Shown here: piece after piece, positions 46,579 to 55,991 of the stretch
Numbering within the stretch: the first letter of the stretch is position 1
How the letters are laid out: every line of letters starts with the position of its first letter
Virus record (IMG/VR): IMGVR_UViG_3300031519_004866
Origin: a virus
Reading direction: 5' to 3' (one strand)
Length of the DNA: 64,000 bases
Notes under the pieces: generated by a model
What the model was told of the DNA's origin: nothing
The model's input: the letters and a program-made list of their open reading frames with translations, nothing else
Databases searched by the model: none
Program-made: the position numbers and the translations under genes

Positions 46579-47454
46579 CTATTTACCTTTCTTCTTGGCC
46601 TTACCAGCTTTCATATTGGCCATCCAATGAGCCATACGTTGTTTTTCACCGCTTGAACTTTTAGCAGTCTTTCTTAAACTACCAACACTAGCTTTAGTGT
46701 TTACTCCACTGCGCTTGGCTAGACCTTTACGCCCTGGCTTTTTACCATCAGCAAAGTTTTCAGTTGCTGGCTCTTGCATATGTTGTTTAATTTCTTTAGC
46801 TGTGCGCTCAAACTTATGATCTTTATGTTTGAATCCAATACCGCCAGCTGCTTCCCATGCATTAATGTTAACACCGTAATCATCAATTAATATATTAGGT
46901 GCACCATCGTTTGTTTTAGCAAACTGTGGCTTGTCGTGTGTAATGTGTATATTCTTAGGTGGAAAAAATGCTAAATTCTTTTTAATCCATTCACGCTTAT
47001 GCGGTTCTGAATTTGGATCATTTGCTAACGGACTTGTACAAATGTTGTATTCGCCTTTGACTTCTTTAATTAATGACAGTAGTTTTTTTGCTTCTGGAAG
47101 TAATGGTAACTTTAACCAAAAGTCATCTGTTGCTCTAATTTTTGCAAGTGCAGGACCAGGGTCTTTAATATCACGGAAACTATCTACACCCATTAGTTTA
47201 GCCCAGTCACCAAAAAAGTCTGCAAGTACTCCGTCCATATCTACATATATTTCAGTAGAAGGATCTAGTTCTCCTAGTTCTTCTGTAAAGTTTTTAAGTT
47301 TAAAGTTTTCTACAATAAAAGATTTCATCATGTTGATGAAAACAGCTTCGTTAGCATGTATAGCAGCTTGTTGCTTTTTGCGCTTAGGATGACCTTTGCC
47401 GTGGATACCTTTCTTACGCCCGTCGCCTTCAATCATTATTTCAGATATTTTCAT
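46579..47454 (-). CDS. HAD-superfamily 5'(3')-deoxyribonucleotidase-like domain flanked by basic extensions
   Basis: IYVDMDGVLADF, ICTSP, K...WIKKNL, ILIDD...N..AWEAAGGIG. Confidence 0.75.
   Translation of the reverse strand: MKISEIMIEGDGRKKGIHGKGHPKRKKQQAAIHANEAVFINMMKSFIVENFKLKNFTEELGELDPSTEIYVDMDGVLADFFGDWAKLMGVDSFRDIKDPGPALAKIRATDDFWLKLPLLPEAKKLLSLIKEVKGEYNICTSPLANDPNSEPHKREWIKKNLAFFPPKNIHITHDKPQFAKTNDGAPNILIDDYGVNINAWEAAGGIGFKHKDHKFERTAKEIKQHMQEPATENFADGKKPGRKGLAKRSGVNTKASVGSLRKTAKSSSGEKQRMAHWMANMKAGKAKKKGK
46580..46585 (-). promoter_or_regulatory. T4-late-like promoter (TAAATA)
   Basis: GGTAAATAGT 6 nt before ATG 46574. Confidence 0.5.
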
Positions 47455-47651
47455 ATCGCTTTTTCGCCTGTCAACTTAGGTAATGAAAACCATAGTTTAA
47501 ACCATTCAGGGGTGCCTGGTTTAATATCATGCTGTTTCATTAGCTCGCCTTTTTCATTTCCACTAATACTAATATTGCTGCCTTCCCAAGGAGTATATCC
47601 TTTGAATTCATTAATGCCGGCAAGTCTAACAATATCGTCTAGTTCAGTCAT
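47451..47651 (-). CDS. Small hypothetical late protein
   Basis: 66 aa coupled to both neighbours. Confidence 0.7.
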   Translation of the reverse strand: MTELDDIVRLAGINEFKGYTPWEGSNISISGNEKGELMKQHDIKPGTPEWFKLWFSLPKLTGEKAI

Positions 47652-48862
47652 TACATTTTAACACAGTTGTCTACAGTCTTGCCACCTTTTTTCTTGGTGC
47701 CCATACGCTTGTAGCCTTTCCAGCATACTTTGCCGTCAACGCCTTTTTGTTTTTCTTCGTTAACAGTGCTGTATTGCTTTTGAATTGACTCTGGCATAGC
47801 AACAAATCTAGGCTTGTTACATTCTGAACACACTGATTCATTTGTGCCGTTTACTGCACTATACAGATCTTCTGCAAATTCGCCCACTTTGTCAACAGCA
47901 TAATGTACGTCTAAACTGTTTGCTAGGTCTATTGCTTTAAACACTGCGTCTACTAGTTCTTTATCAGTTAAGTTAGCACTTTCTTTAACTGCTTCATTTG
48001 TTCTTTGTAGTGCTTTTGCAACACTAGGATGATCTGCAAGGCCGGGTGCAATTTTGTTAATCACTTCAACAGCACCTGAATAGTTACCTCCCTTGTATCT
48101 CGGATCGTTTAAAACACCATATGCCATTTTAATTTGTTTATCTGTAAAGCCCATATTGTCTTTACCTTGCATATCTTCGTCAAACTCTCCATCTTCTCCA
48201 TCTGGTTCATCGCTTGGTTTAGGATCTTTAACTTTAGATATGCTAGTATCTTTTTGTGAATCAGCCCATGACATGAGTTTCATAATTTTTGCTTGAGGTA
48301 ATTTTGTTCTCTTCTCAAGCTCTGCAATATCTCTTGCTCCGCCTGGTGCGCCATAACGTGTTAGCTCGTCTCCAACTCTTGACAGTACATTTGATAATGC
48401 ATCGTCTTTAGTTGTAATTGCTTTGTCCATAAGTATTCTACCAAGACGTGATAGCTTCGCTCCTTCTGGATGATCGTACGCATCTGTAAGTTTTGCCTTG
48501 TCTTTTTCTAATGCGTTTTTGCGTTTAATTAATTCTTTTCTAAGTTCTGGATCTTTTGAAGTTTCAGGATCTAACTGAATACCTTGTAAGACCTTTGCTT
48601 TAGCATCGTAATCATCTTTGTCTTTTGTAGGAGTGTACGATTCTTTTTTCATTGCGGCAAATCTATCTCTTTGTGCTTTTTTAGCGGCTTCATCTTCATC
48701 ACGCATCCTTGCAACACCAGCATCTTTATCTGCTTGTGAACGTTTCATTTGCCCGGGTTTTTTATTTTGCTTACCGATACTCTTGCCACCATTATAAGCG
48801 CCAGCTGCTGCCGCTTGGTCTGATGCACTTGATCTAGCTTCATTTCTTATTTTATTATTCAT
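47651..48862 (-). CDS. Modular late protein (putative head-internal polyprotein)
   Basis: Charged modules separated by xxE-(S/A); C-terminal CWKGYKRMGTKKKGGKTVDNCV. Confidence 0.6.
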   Translation of the reverse strand: MNNKIRNEARSSASDQAAAAGAYNGGKSIGKQNKKPGQMKRSQADKDAGVARMRDEDEAAKKAQRDRFAAMKKESYTPTKDKDDYDAKAKVLQGIQLDPETSKDPELRKELIKRKNALEKDKAKLTDAYDHPEGAKLSRLGRILMDKAITTKDDALSNVLSRVGDELTRYGAPGGARDIAELEKRTKLPQAKIMKLMSWADSQKDTSISKVKDPKPSDEPDGEDGEFDEDMQGKDNMGFTDKQIKMAYGVLNDPRYKGGNYSGAVEVINKIAPGLADHPSVAKALQRTNEAVKESANLTDKELVDAVFKAIDLANSLDVHYAVDKVGEFAEDLYSAVNGTNESVCSECNKPRFVAMPESIQKQYSTVNEEKQKGVDGKVCWKGYKRMGTKKKGGKTVDNCVKM

Positions 48863-49469
48863 TGTCTTCCCCTGTGTTTTCATCTTTAATACCTAGTCCT
48901 TTTCTTACTGCGCTATAAAGTTCGTCAGCAAATTCACCTGCACCAGTATGTTGTGCAAATTTATTTATGTCACCATTAGCAGCATCAGCTCTTGCTAGTG
49001 TACCACTAATACCTTCTACACCTTCAGCACCATCTTCTCTTTGACCACTGGATTTAAGATCGATTGTTTCAAAATTGTAATACCCATGAGGGCCTTCTTT
49101 GCCGTTATAATCTTTAAGTAGTTTGCCCATAGCTTCAACTCTATCACTACCAGCAACAAATGTTACATGATTATAATTTTGGTCTTCTAACGATACTGCT
49201 ACTTTAAGAATGGTATTAAGGTTTGTATCTTCAACTACGTTATCAGCATATGAAGGATGTATTTTACGAATAAAATTTACTTTAGTAGCATAGTCTAGGG
49301 GATCTTTTTTATTATTTTGGGTTTGACTAGTATAGATTTTATAATCGCCACCAACACTTTTTAAAGTGTCAAACACTTGTTTATGACCTAAGGTAGGTGG
49401 ATTAAAACGTCCAAAGCAAAAAGACACATGCTTGTCTCCAGCAGCTTCGAATAGATCTCTAATTCTCAT
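48855..49469 (-). CDS. Cytidylyltransferase-like (HxGH nucleotidyltransferase) protein
   Basis: FGRFNPPTLGH, VAGSDR, ISGTLAR; start MRIRDLFEA. Confidence 0.8.
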   Translation of the reverse strand: MRIRDLFEAAGDKHVSFCFGRFNPPTLGHKQVFDTLKSVGGDYKIYTSQTQNNKKDPLDYATKVNFIRKIHPSYADNVVEDTNLNTILKVAVSLEDQNYNHVTFVAGSDRVEAMGKLLKDYNGKEGPHGYYNFETIDLKSSGQREDGAEGVEGISGTLARADAANGDINKFAQHTGAGEFADELYSAVRKGLGIKDENTGEDNE

Positions 49470-49797
49470 AATCACCATTCTCTATATGTTCGTCTTGTTC
49501 CTTAGCCATTGCTCTAGCAAGTGAAATAAGGTTTTCTCTAGTGAACTTTTCTTCAGGGTTTTGAATATCAAATTTAATGCAGTACATTTCTTTGCACTGT
49601 TCTAAAGGTCTAATATAAATTTTATATGCGTTTGGGTGACCTTTAAATTTTTGATGTTTCTTAATAGCAGGAAATAACACGTTGGTCATTGCTTCGTTGT
49701 CATTGTCAATAAAGACTCTTAAGTCGTCATGCCAATTAACTTCTTCACGTTCGTGTTCTGCTCTACCAATACTTGAGAATAGTTCGTTTAATAACAT
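49459..49797 (-). CDS. Hypothetical late protein
   Basis: ATG 49797 (MLLNELF) follows the upstream stop. Confidence 0.7.
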   Translation of the reverse strand: MLLNELFSSIGRAEHEREEVNWHDDLRVFIDNDNEAMTNVLFPAIKKHQKFKGHPNAYKIYIRPLEQCKEMYCIKFDIQNPEEKFTRENLISLARAMAKEQDEHIENGDYEN

Positions 49798-49798
49798 A

Positions 49799-50572
49799 TT
49801 ACCACTTCCTACATGACCAGTAACGTGCTTTAGTACGCGGTCCTGGATTATCACAGTTGTGTCTTGCTCTAAAGCTCTTGCGTCTTTTTGGATTATTCTT
49901 TTTAATGCTCATAGCTTTACCTTTAACACTGCTTCCGCCGTGTCCAAAGTTTACTTTTTTAACATTACCTGTTTTAGGATCTTTAACATAAACTTTAAAC
50001 TTCTTAACATCACCTTGCATTGGCTTGCCAAGTTTAACTGTACGTCCTTGATACTCTGCTTCGTCTATGATGTCATCTTCATTGTACCACATTTCACCAT
50101 ACGCTTCATAGAATGCATCATCGTCATCATATGTTTCATCAATATTAGTATCTTCGTTAGTTGATTCATTACCGTCACTATTCATTACCTGATCAATTAT
50201 TTTTGCGTTATCTTCAAGGTCATCATTGCCTGTAATTGCTTCAAGCTCATCTATACATGCTTTTGTGATTGGCATCTCATCAATAAATGACATCGGATCG
50301 TTTTCAAATTTATCTTCGCCATGTTTTTTTATCATTGCGTCAGCTTCATTAGTTTCAACAAAGTCTGTAGTGATGCCTGAGTTTAATGCCCACTGCAAAT
50401 AGCCTTCTGGTAATGTGTCGCCATTGCCACCAATGTATGTGTCAAACGTAGCAATCCACGCACCAATTTTGTCTCTTATTTCAGATGACACTTCTGTTTC
50501 TTCAACAGCAAAAGTTTCTGTATCGATTACAGCACTTTCTAGTAGTTTAAGTTTGTTCAATAGATCCCGCAT
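49799..50572 (-). CDS. Acidic/basic bipartite late protein
   Basis: Acidic N-terminal two-thirds; basic C-terminal EAEYQGR...KVNFG...RRKSFRARHNC...ARYWSCRKW. Confidence 0.7.
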   Translation of the reverse strand: MRDLLNKLKLLESAVIDTETFAVEETEVSSEIRDKIGAWIATFDTYIGGNGDTLPEGYLQWALNSGITTDFVETNEADAMIKKHGEDKFENDPMSFIDEMPITKACIDELEAITGNDDLEDNAKIIDQVMNSDGNESTNEDTNIDETYDDDDAFYEAYGEMWYNEDDIIDEAEYQGRTVKLGKPMQGDVKKFKVYVKDPKTGNVKKVNFGHGGSSVKGKAMSIKKNNPKRRKSFRARHNCDNPGPRTKARYWSCRKW

Positions 50573-50600
50573 AGTATAATCCTTTAATAGAGTTATACTG

Positions 50601-50606
50601 TATTTA
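50601..50606 (-). promoter_or_regulatory. T4-late-like promoter (TAAATA)
   Basis: GCTAAATACA 29 nt before ATG 50572. Confidence 0.55.
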
Positions 50607-50622
50607 GCTGTTTAATGCAAAC

Positions 50623-50985
50623 TTAATAGTTATAAAGAACTTGGATAATACGCCCGTCTTGTACATTATGTCCTACACGTAACCAGATAAATTTACCTGT
50701 AAAGGTCTGTGTACCGATGTAATCTGCTGAATCATTAGCAGAGTAGTATGCACTATCTCCACCCCATTCAATTACATCTACCCAGTCATACTCACCTGGA
50801 TCTTCGGCTAATGTTCCCTGGATTTTAATAGTTCCAGTGAAGGCGTTCACTTGATACGCTACAGTATGTACACCGTCGTTATTACGATGATACCCTGCGC
50901 CTTTTGATTTAGACCCGTACGTATACGCTGAGTCGGATACTACCGAATCAATTAGGCCTAATAATTGTCTACTCTCATTACTCAT
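50623..50985 (-). CDS. Hypothetical beta-rich late protein
   Basis: 120 aa directly after a TAAATA motif. Confidence 0.7.
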   Translation of the reverse strand: MSNESRQLLGLIDSVVSDSAYTYGSKSKGAGYHRNNDGVHTVAYQVNAFTGTIKIQGTLAEDPGEYDWVDVIEWGGDSAYYSANDSADYIGTQTFTGKFIWLRVGHNVQDGRIIQVLYNY

Positions 50986-50989
50986 ACTA

Positions 50990-51721
50990 CTATTTACCTG
51001 TTTCTACATATTTACAAACTGTGCCTATATTGTCAGAACACCTTAATTTAAGTAACATTAATGTTTGTTCGTCTTGTACATAGATGTATCTTCGAGTCTG
51101 CATATAAGGGCGATTAACATAAAACCATTTTTTAATAGATTCTGTAAATGTAATACGTGGACGTTGTGCTTCAAAAAAATTGCATAATTTATCTATATCG
51201 TCCCATGCTAATTTAGTTGGCCACTTTAAATCAACTCGATAATTATATCGACCATACGGCAATTTATCTACAAATATCTCTTTTGTACTATTAAGTAGAA
51301 TGTCTTCCATACCAGCAGCAGGTTGCGATCTTTGGAGTGTTATATCATTAAATTGCTGGCTTACTTCATTATATAAACTAACATCGTTTGTATATACGTC
51401 TACACTTTCACCTTCAACTCGAAACGAAAGATCTTTTTTTGGCACTCCAGAAAATAAAGATATAATTTTAGACCAAGTTTTGGCGTTGTTGTGTATTGTA
51501 TTGCCTACTTTTACTCTCCAGTCCATATAGCCTCGATTAGGAACAGGTTGAAAATGGCTATGTGGCGGTGGAACAGAAATAAAGTTAATAATTTGAGCAT
51601 ATGAAAGCAGCCGAAGAGCGCGAGCTCCCGGCAACTTTAAACTAACTTTATATATAAACTTATTATAAAATTTCTTATTGGTTATCTTGGGTTTCTGTAA
51701 CACTCTTAGTAGCCTCTTCAA
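50990..51721 (-). CDS. Hypothetical protein (start uncertain, possibly GTG 51703)
   Basis: ~240-aa ORF overlapping the clpA end. Confidence 0.65.
   Translation of the reverse strand: MKRLLRVLQKPKITNKKFYNKFIYKVSLKLPGARALRLLSYAQIINFISVPPPHSHFQPVPNRGYMDWRVKVGNTIHNNAKTWSKIISLFSGVPKKDLSFRVEGESVDVYTNDVSLYNEVSQQFNDITLQRSQPAAGMEDILLNSTKEIFVDKLPYGRYNYRVDLKWPTKLAWDDIDKLCNFFEAQRPRITFTESIKKWFYVNRPYMQTRRYIYVQDEQTLMLLKLRCSDNIGTVCKYVETGK
50991..50996 (-). promoter_or_regulatory. T4-late-like promoter (TAAATA)
   Basis: GGTAAATAGT 6 nt before ATG 50985. Confidence 0.5.
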
Positions 51722-54032
51722 TTTTAGCTTTAGCTTCTAACTTTTTTGCTTTACGTTGATCTTTAGTTAAAGGCTTTGGCATCGGCGTTACTTTAAATTC
51801 AGGTGTATCATTTACAATGCTAACAGCAACCTTGCCACCCTCTGCTAAATCACCAAACAGCACTCTTCGACTTAGAGGCGTTTTAATATTAGTATCAATA
51901 ACTCTTGCTAACGGTCTTGCACCCATCTTAGGATTGTAACCTTTCTTTGCTACCCAGTCAACAGCATCTTTATCTAATGTAATTAAAATGTTTTTCTCTT
52001 TGAGTTGAGTATTAAGTTCAGCAATAAATTTACCAACAATGCTCTTAACAACAGTTTTAGAAAGTTTAGCAAATTTAACAGTGCCATCAAGTCTATTTCT
52101 AAACTCTGGAGCAAAGAACTTTTTAACTGCTTTATCGTCTTCAGTATCTTTTTCATTGTCAGCAAAACCAATAAGTTTTGATTCGTTATCAGCAGCACCT
52201 AAGTTTGATGTCATAATAAGAATAGTATTACGTCCGTCTGCTTTCTTACCATTTGAGCCTGTAACAAATCCATTATCCATAAATTGTAACAAAATATTTG
52301 ATACATCCTTATGTGCTTTTTCAATTTCGTCTAATAGTAATACTGCATTAGGAGTTTCTTGTAGTTTATTAATTAGCTGTCCAGCATCATCATCGTAACC
52401 TACGTACCCTGGAGGCGCACCAATTAATCTTGCAACACTATGCTTTTCTTGGTATTCACTCATATCAAATCTAATAAGTGTCATGCCCATTTTATCAGCA
52501 AGTGATTTTGCAGTTTCAGTTTTACCTGTGCCAGTTGGGCCTAAGAATAAAAAGCTACCAATAGGTTTATTAGGATCTTTCATTCCACTTTGTGCAACAA
52601 AGATTTTATCAAGAATAGATTCAACTGCGGTATCTTGTCCAAACACTGCTTTCTTCATAGCAACATCAAGTCCTGCAAGGTTACCACTTTCTTTTTGTGA
52701 TACAGTTTCTAAAGGCATACTGATCATTTTAGAAAGTTCAAATGTAACTTGTTCAATATCAACTAACTGAACGATGCCTTCATTTTCTTTAGCATCATTA
52801 AGTTTGTACCTTGCAGATGCACAATCAATAATATCAATTGCTTTGTCTGGTAATTTCTTATCAGCCATATATTTAATTGAAAGATTTACTGCTTGTTGGA
52901 TAGCATCGTCAGTAATTTTAACATTATGATGTTGCTCATAGTACTTGCGTAGTCCTCTAATAATCTTTACAGTAAGTTCAGGTGTAGGTTCATCAACAGT
53001 TACACGTTGGAATCGACGCATTAATGCACGATCCTTTTCAAAGTACTTGCGATACTCTTCCCAAGTAGTTGAAGCAATAACTTTCATGTTGCCTTTAGTA
53101 AGTGCAGGCTTTAACATGTTAGCAAGATCGTTTGAACCTTGTGATGCTGATCCAGCTCCGCTCATCATATGTGCTTCGTCGATGAACAAAATAATATTAC
53201 CTTTGCGTTCTAATGCTGTTAATACTGCTTTAATACGTTCTTCAAAGTCGCCTCTATATTTACTACCAGCAACTAATGCACTAATATCTAAACTAAACAC
53301 AAGGTGGTCTTGAATAAACTTAGGAACTTTCTTTTCAAAAATCTTACGTGCAAGGCCTTCTGCAATAGCAGTTTTACCAACTCCTGGATCACCAACCATT
53401 AGTACATTTGCTTTATTACGTCTAGCTAGTACTAATTCAATTTTTTCAATTTCATCATCACGCCCGATAACAGGATCAATTACACGCTGTTTAGCTTTCA
53501 TAGATAAGTTAGTACAGAATTGATTAATAATCCTGTCAAGCTGATCTGGACTCAAATTAACTTCTCCTTCGTCGCCTTCAAAAAATTCTTCGTTGTTTAC
53601 GTGATGCTTTTGGAAATGCTGGACAAATTTTTCTTTATTAATTCCGCCTTTTGATAAGAAGTAAAATGCAAAAGAATTCTTTTCACTCATAACACTAATA
53701 ATAACATCAGCTGTTTCAATTTGATTACGTCCACTGAATAACACTTGTGTAAAGCATCTATTTAAAACACGTTCGACTGATGCAGTTTTTTTAGGTACAA
53801 TTTGTGGATCGTTAGATGTAATATCAGCTAAATTATTTTTTAGATAGTGCTCTAAGTTAGTTTTAATAAAATCAACATCGGCACCAAACTCTTGTAGTCC
53901 TGCTGCGGTTTCAGTATCACTAAAAATAGCACATACTAAGTGTTCAATAGTAATGTTGGTATGTGTATACTTTTGTGCAATACTAACTGATGAGTCAAAA
54001 ATTGCTTGTAGTTGTTTACTAGGTTCAATCAT
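51675..54032 (-). CDS. clpA: ClpA-type AAA+ unfoldase (two ATPase domains)
   Basis: Clp N-domain; GDPGVGKT/LFIDEAH; GPTGTGKT/LLDEIEKAH; FDMSEY; IGF loop (KLIGFA); GARPL. Confidence 0.92.
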   Translation of the reverse strand: MIEPSKQLQAIFDSSVSIAQKYTHTNITIEHLVCAIFSDTETAAGLQEFGADVDFIKTNLEHYLKNNLADITSNDPQIVPKKTASVERVLNRCFTQVLFSGRNQIETADVIISVMSEKNSFAFYFLSKGGINKEKFVQHFQKHHVNNEEFFEGDEGEVNLSPDQLDRIINQFCTNLSMKAKQRVIDPVIGRDDEIEKIELVLARRNKANVLMVGDPGVGKTAIAEGLARKIFEKKVPKFIQDHLVFSLDISALVAGSKYRGDFEERIKAVLTALERKGNIILFIDEAHMMSGAGSASQGSNDLANMLKPALTKGNMKVIASTTWEEYRKYFEKDRALMRRFQRVTVDEPTPELTVKIIRGLRKYYEQHHNVKITDDAIQQAVNLSIKYMADKKLPDKAIDIIDCASARYKLNDAKENEGIVQLVDIEQVTFELSKMISMPLETVSQKESGNLAGLDVAMKKAVFGQDTAVESILDKIFVAQSGMKDPNKPIGSFLFLGPTGTGKTETAKSLADKMGMTLIRFDMSEYQEKHSVARLIGAPPGYVGYDDDAGQLINKLQETPNAVLLLDEIEKAHKDVSNILLQFMDNGFVTGSNGKKADGRNTILIMTSNLGAADNESKLIGFADNEKDTEDDKAVKKFFAPEFRNRLDGTVKFAKLSKTVVKSIVGKFIAELNTQLKEKNILITLDKDAVDWVAKKGYNPKMGARPLARVIDTNIKTPLSRRVLFGDLAEGGKVAVSIVNDTPEFKVTPMPKPLTKDQRKAKKLEAKAKIEEATKSVTETQDNQ

Positions 54033-54553
54033 TGTTTTTTTAATCTCTTTTTTAATTTCGTCATAGCTAATTGTAACTTCAATCGCCCCACTTTGTCAAC
54101 GAAACAAATGCCATTTAGGTGATCTAATTCGTGTTGAAAGCATGTAGCAAGGTATCCTTCAATTTTTGCTTCTTTTGTTACGCCTTTAGAGTTTTGATAT
54201 TGTGCTATAATTGACTTGGGTCTTTTTAAATGCAACCATAGTCCTGGAAAACTCAAACATCCTTCTTTCTGCAAAACTTTATCTTCGCTGGATTCTAAAA
54301 TTACAGGATTAAAAACAGCAAATGGTTCAGGAAAGCCTGGAACATTTTGAGAGCCAATTGTAAATACTCTCTTTCTAATATTTAATTGATTAGCAGCAAG
54401 ACCAATGCCGTTGTGATTTAACATAAAGTTACACATATCATGTTCGAGTTCTTCAGGATCTAACTCTTCTTTTTCAAAATCCCATATATCGCTTTGTTCT
54501 TTTAACGATTGATGCATACCTAACTTATAATCTAAATCTAATTTATAATCCAT
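54029..54553 (-). CDS. def: Peptide deformylase
   Basis: GIGLAANQ, EGCLS, QHELDHL. Confidence 0.95.
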   Translation of the reverse strand: MDYKLDLDYKLGMHQSLKEQSDIWDFEKEELDPEELEHDMCNFMLNHNGIGLAANQLNIRKRVFTIGSQNVPGFPEPFAVFNPVILESSEDKVLQKEGCLSFPGLWLHLKRPKSIIAQYQNSKGVTKEAKIEGYLATCFQHELDHLNGICFVDKVGRLKLQLAMTKLKKRLKKQ

Positions 54554-55343
54554 GTTTTACTTCCATAATCTTTTTTCGTTGTTCTGGTGTTAGGTTAGAT
54601 GGAACAATTGCTTTAATTCTAACTAGTAAGTTGCCTTTCCTTCCTGTTTTTATGTTTGGTAGTCCTTCTCCGTTACAGCTTAATGTTGTATCAGGTTGTG
54701 AGCCAGCGGGTATATTAAGTCTTAACTGTCTGCCTGATAGTGTTGTAATGTCTACAGTTGATCCTAACATTAAATCCCACACAAGCATTTTTTTCTCACA
54801 TAGTATATTATCACCGTGACGTTGATAGTCTCGGTGATTGCGAATGCGAATATGCACCATTAAGTCGCCTGGTGCAATGTTTGGAACAGAATTATCGCCC
54901 ATTCCTGCATATCTGACAGTATGACCGTGATCGGCTCCTGCTGGAATATTAATATCGATTAATTTAGTTCTACCGGTTGGTAGTTGGATTTCCATTGCAA
55001 TCTGTTTACCTTCAAACACTTCTTCTAGTGTTAGGTCAATTGCAATGTCAACTTGTCTATTTTGAGGACGTCTTTGTTGTTGTTGGAACCCTTGGCCGAA
55101 CATACTACCAAATATATCGTTGAAGTTGCCATAGTTTTGCTCGAACCCCTGTGGCTGAGGACTGTCGTACTGCTGTCTTTTAACGGGATCTTTTAGAGTG
55201 CTGTATGCTTCGTTGATTTCTTTAAACTTAGATTCATCACCACCCCTGTCGGGGTGATGTTGCATACTTGATTTCTTATATGCTTTCTTAAGTTCTTCTT
55301 GTGAAGCATTTTTGCTAACGCCTAGTACAGTGTAATAATCCAT
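54543..55343 (-). CDS. dnaJ: DnaJ-class co-chaperone lacking the zinc finger (CbpA/type II-like)
   Basis: J domain with HPD, G/F/Q linker, C-terminal GDL.V and G.GLP motifs. Confidence 0.88.
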   Translation of the reverse strand: MDYYTVLGVSKNASQEELKKAYKKSSMQHHPDRGGDESKFKEINEAYSTLKDPVKRQQYDSPQPQGFEQNYGNFNDIFGSMFGQGFQQQQRRPQNRQVDIAIDLTLEEVFEGKQIAMEIQLPTGRTKLIDINIPAGADHGHTVRYAGMGDNSVPNIAPGDLMVHIRIRNHRDYQRHGDNILCEKKMLVWDLMLGSTVDITTLSGRQLRLNIPAGSQPDTTLSCNGEGLPNIKTGRKGNLLVRIKAIVPSNLTPEQRKKIMEVKHGL

Positions 55344-55372
55344 ACTAGTACTTATTTTTAAATGCTAACGGA

Positions 55373-55669
55373 CTACTTCTTACTGGTTCCAGTGTATAAA
55401 CCAAACCATGCTGCGCCAGCACCAACAACAATTGATACAAGCCCACTTTGTTCCATAGTAACTGCTGTGCCGATGCCCATATACCAAATTACTACTTTGT
55501 ATAGTAGTACAATGTAAACAGTTAGGAATGCTCTTGGAAAAATTCTCCAAGCGTCTACTGCTTTAGCAAGATCGATTAAGCCTTGATATCTATTTTTAGA
55601 ACTATCAACGATACTTGTATCAACTTCTAATTCAATATTTACTTTTTTAGTTTGTGATTCGTCACTCAT
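55373..55669 (-). CDS. Small two-TM membrane protein (holin candidate)
   Basis: DAWRIFPRAF followed by two TM segments; in a late operon. Confidence 0.55.
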   Translation of the reverse strand: MSDESQTKKVNIELEVDTSIVDSSKNRYQGLIDLAKAVDAWRIFPRAFLTVYIVLLYKVVIWYMGIGTAVTMEQSGLVSIVVGAGAAWFGLYTGTSKK

Positions 55670-55956
55670 TTCTTCGCTCCTTTAGATTCTAACTTATTGA
55701 TTCGCTTTTCTAGTTCATCAATCTTCTTAGTTACATGCGGGTACTTTTTACGCCACGCATCATCTGGTTGTTGTAACCAAGTCCATCCCCAACGTGTAAC
55801 TAAAAAGTCTACAGTTAAATCAAACTTAGCATAAAGCCAAAGCCCAATTCTTGTACCTTTAAAATACGTTGAGAAAGCAAGTCCAAAAAGAGATCCAACT
55901 AGTGCGGTATAAATCCAAAGGCGATCACTCACCATTCTTTCAATCATTTCCAACAT
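55666..55956 (-). CDS. Small membrane protein (holin/antiholin candidate)
   Basis: N-terminal TM and C-terminal basic coiled coil; AAGGAG RBS. Confidence 0.55.
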   Translation of the reverse strand: MLEMIERMVSDRLWIYTALVGSLFGLAFSTYFKGTRIGLWLYAKFDLTVDFLVTRWGWTWLQQPDDAWRKKYPHVTKKIDELEKRINKLESKGAKK

Positions 55957-55978
55957 AATGTTTTCGCTCCTTATACTG

Positions 55979-55985
55979 TATTTAT
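55979..55985 (-). promoter_or_regulatory. T4-late-like promoter (ATAAATA)
   Basis: GATAAATACA 23 nt before ATG 55956. Confidence 0.6.
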
Positions 55986-55991
55986 CATTAA

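Noticed and set aside
44721-55343. Split DnaJ: CxxCxGxG pair in 44721..45878 complementing the zinc-finger-less DnaJ
   Set aside because: Only two CxxCxGxG motifs sit inside an unrelated modular late protein about 9 kb away, and zinc-finger-less J proteins are a normal class.
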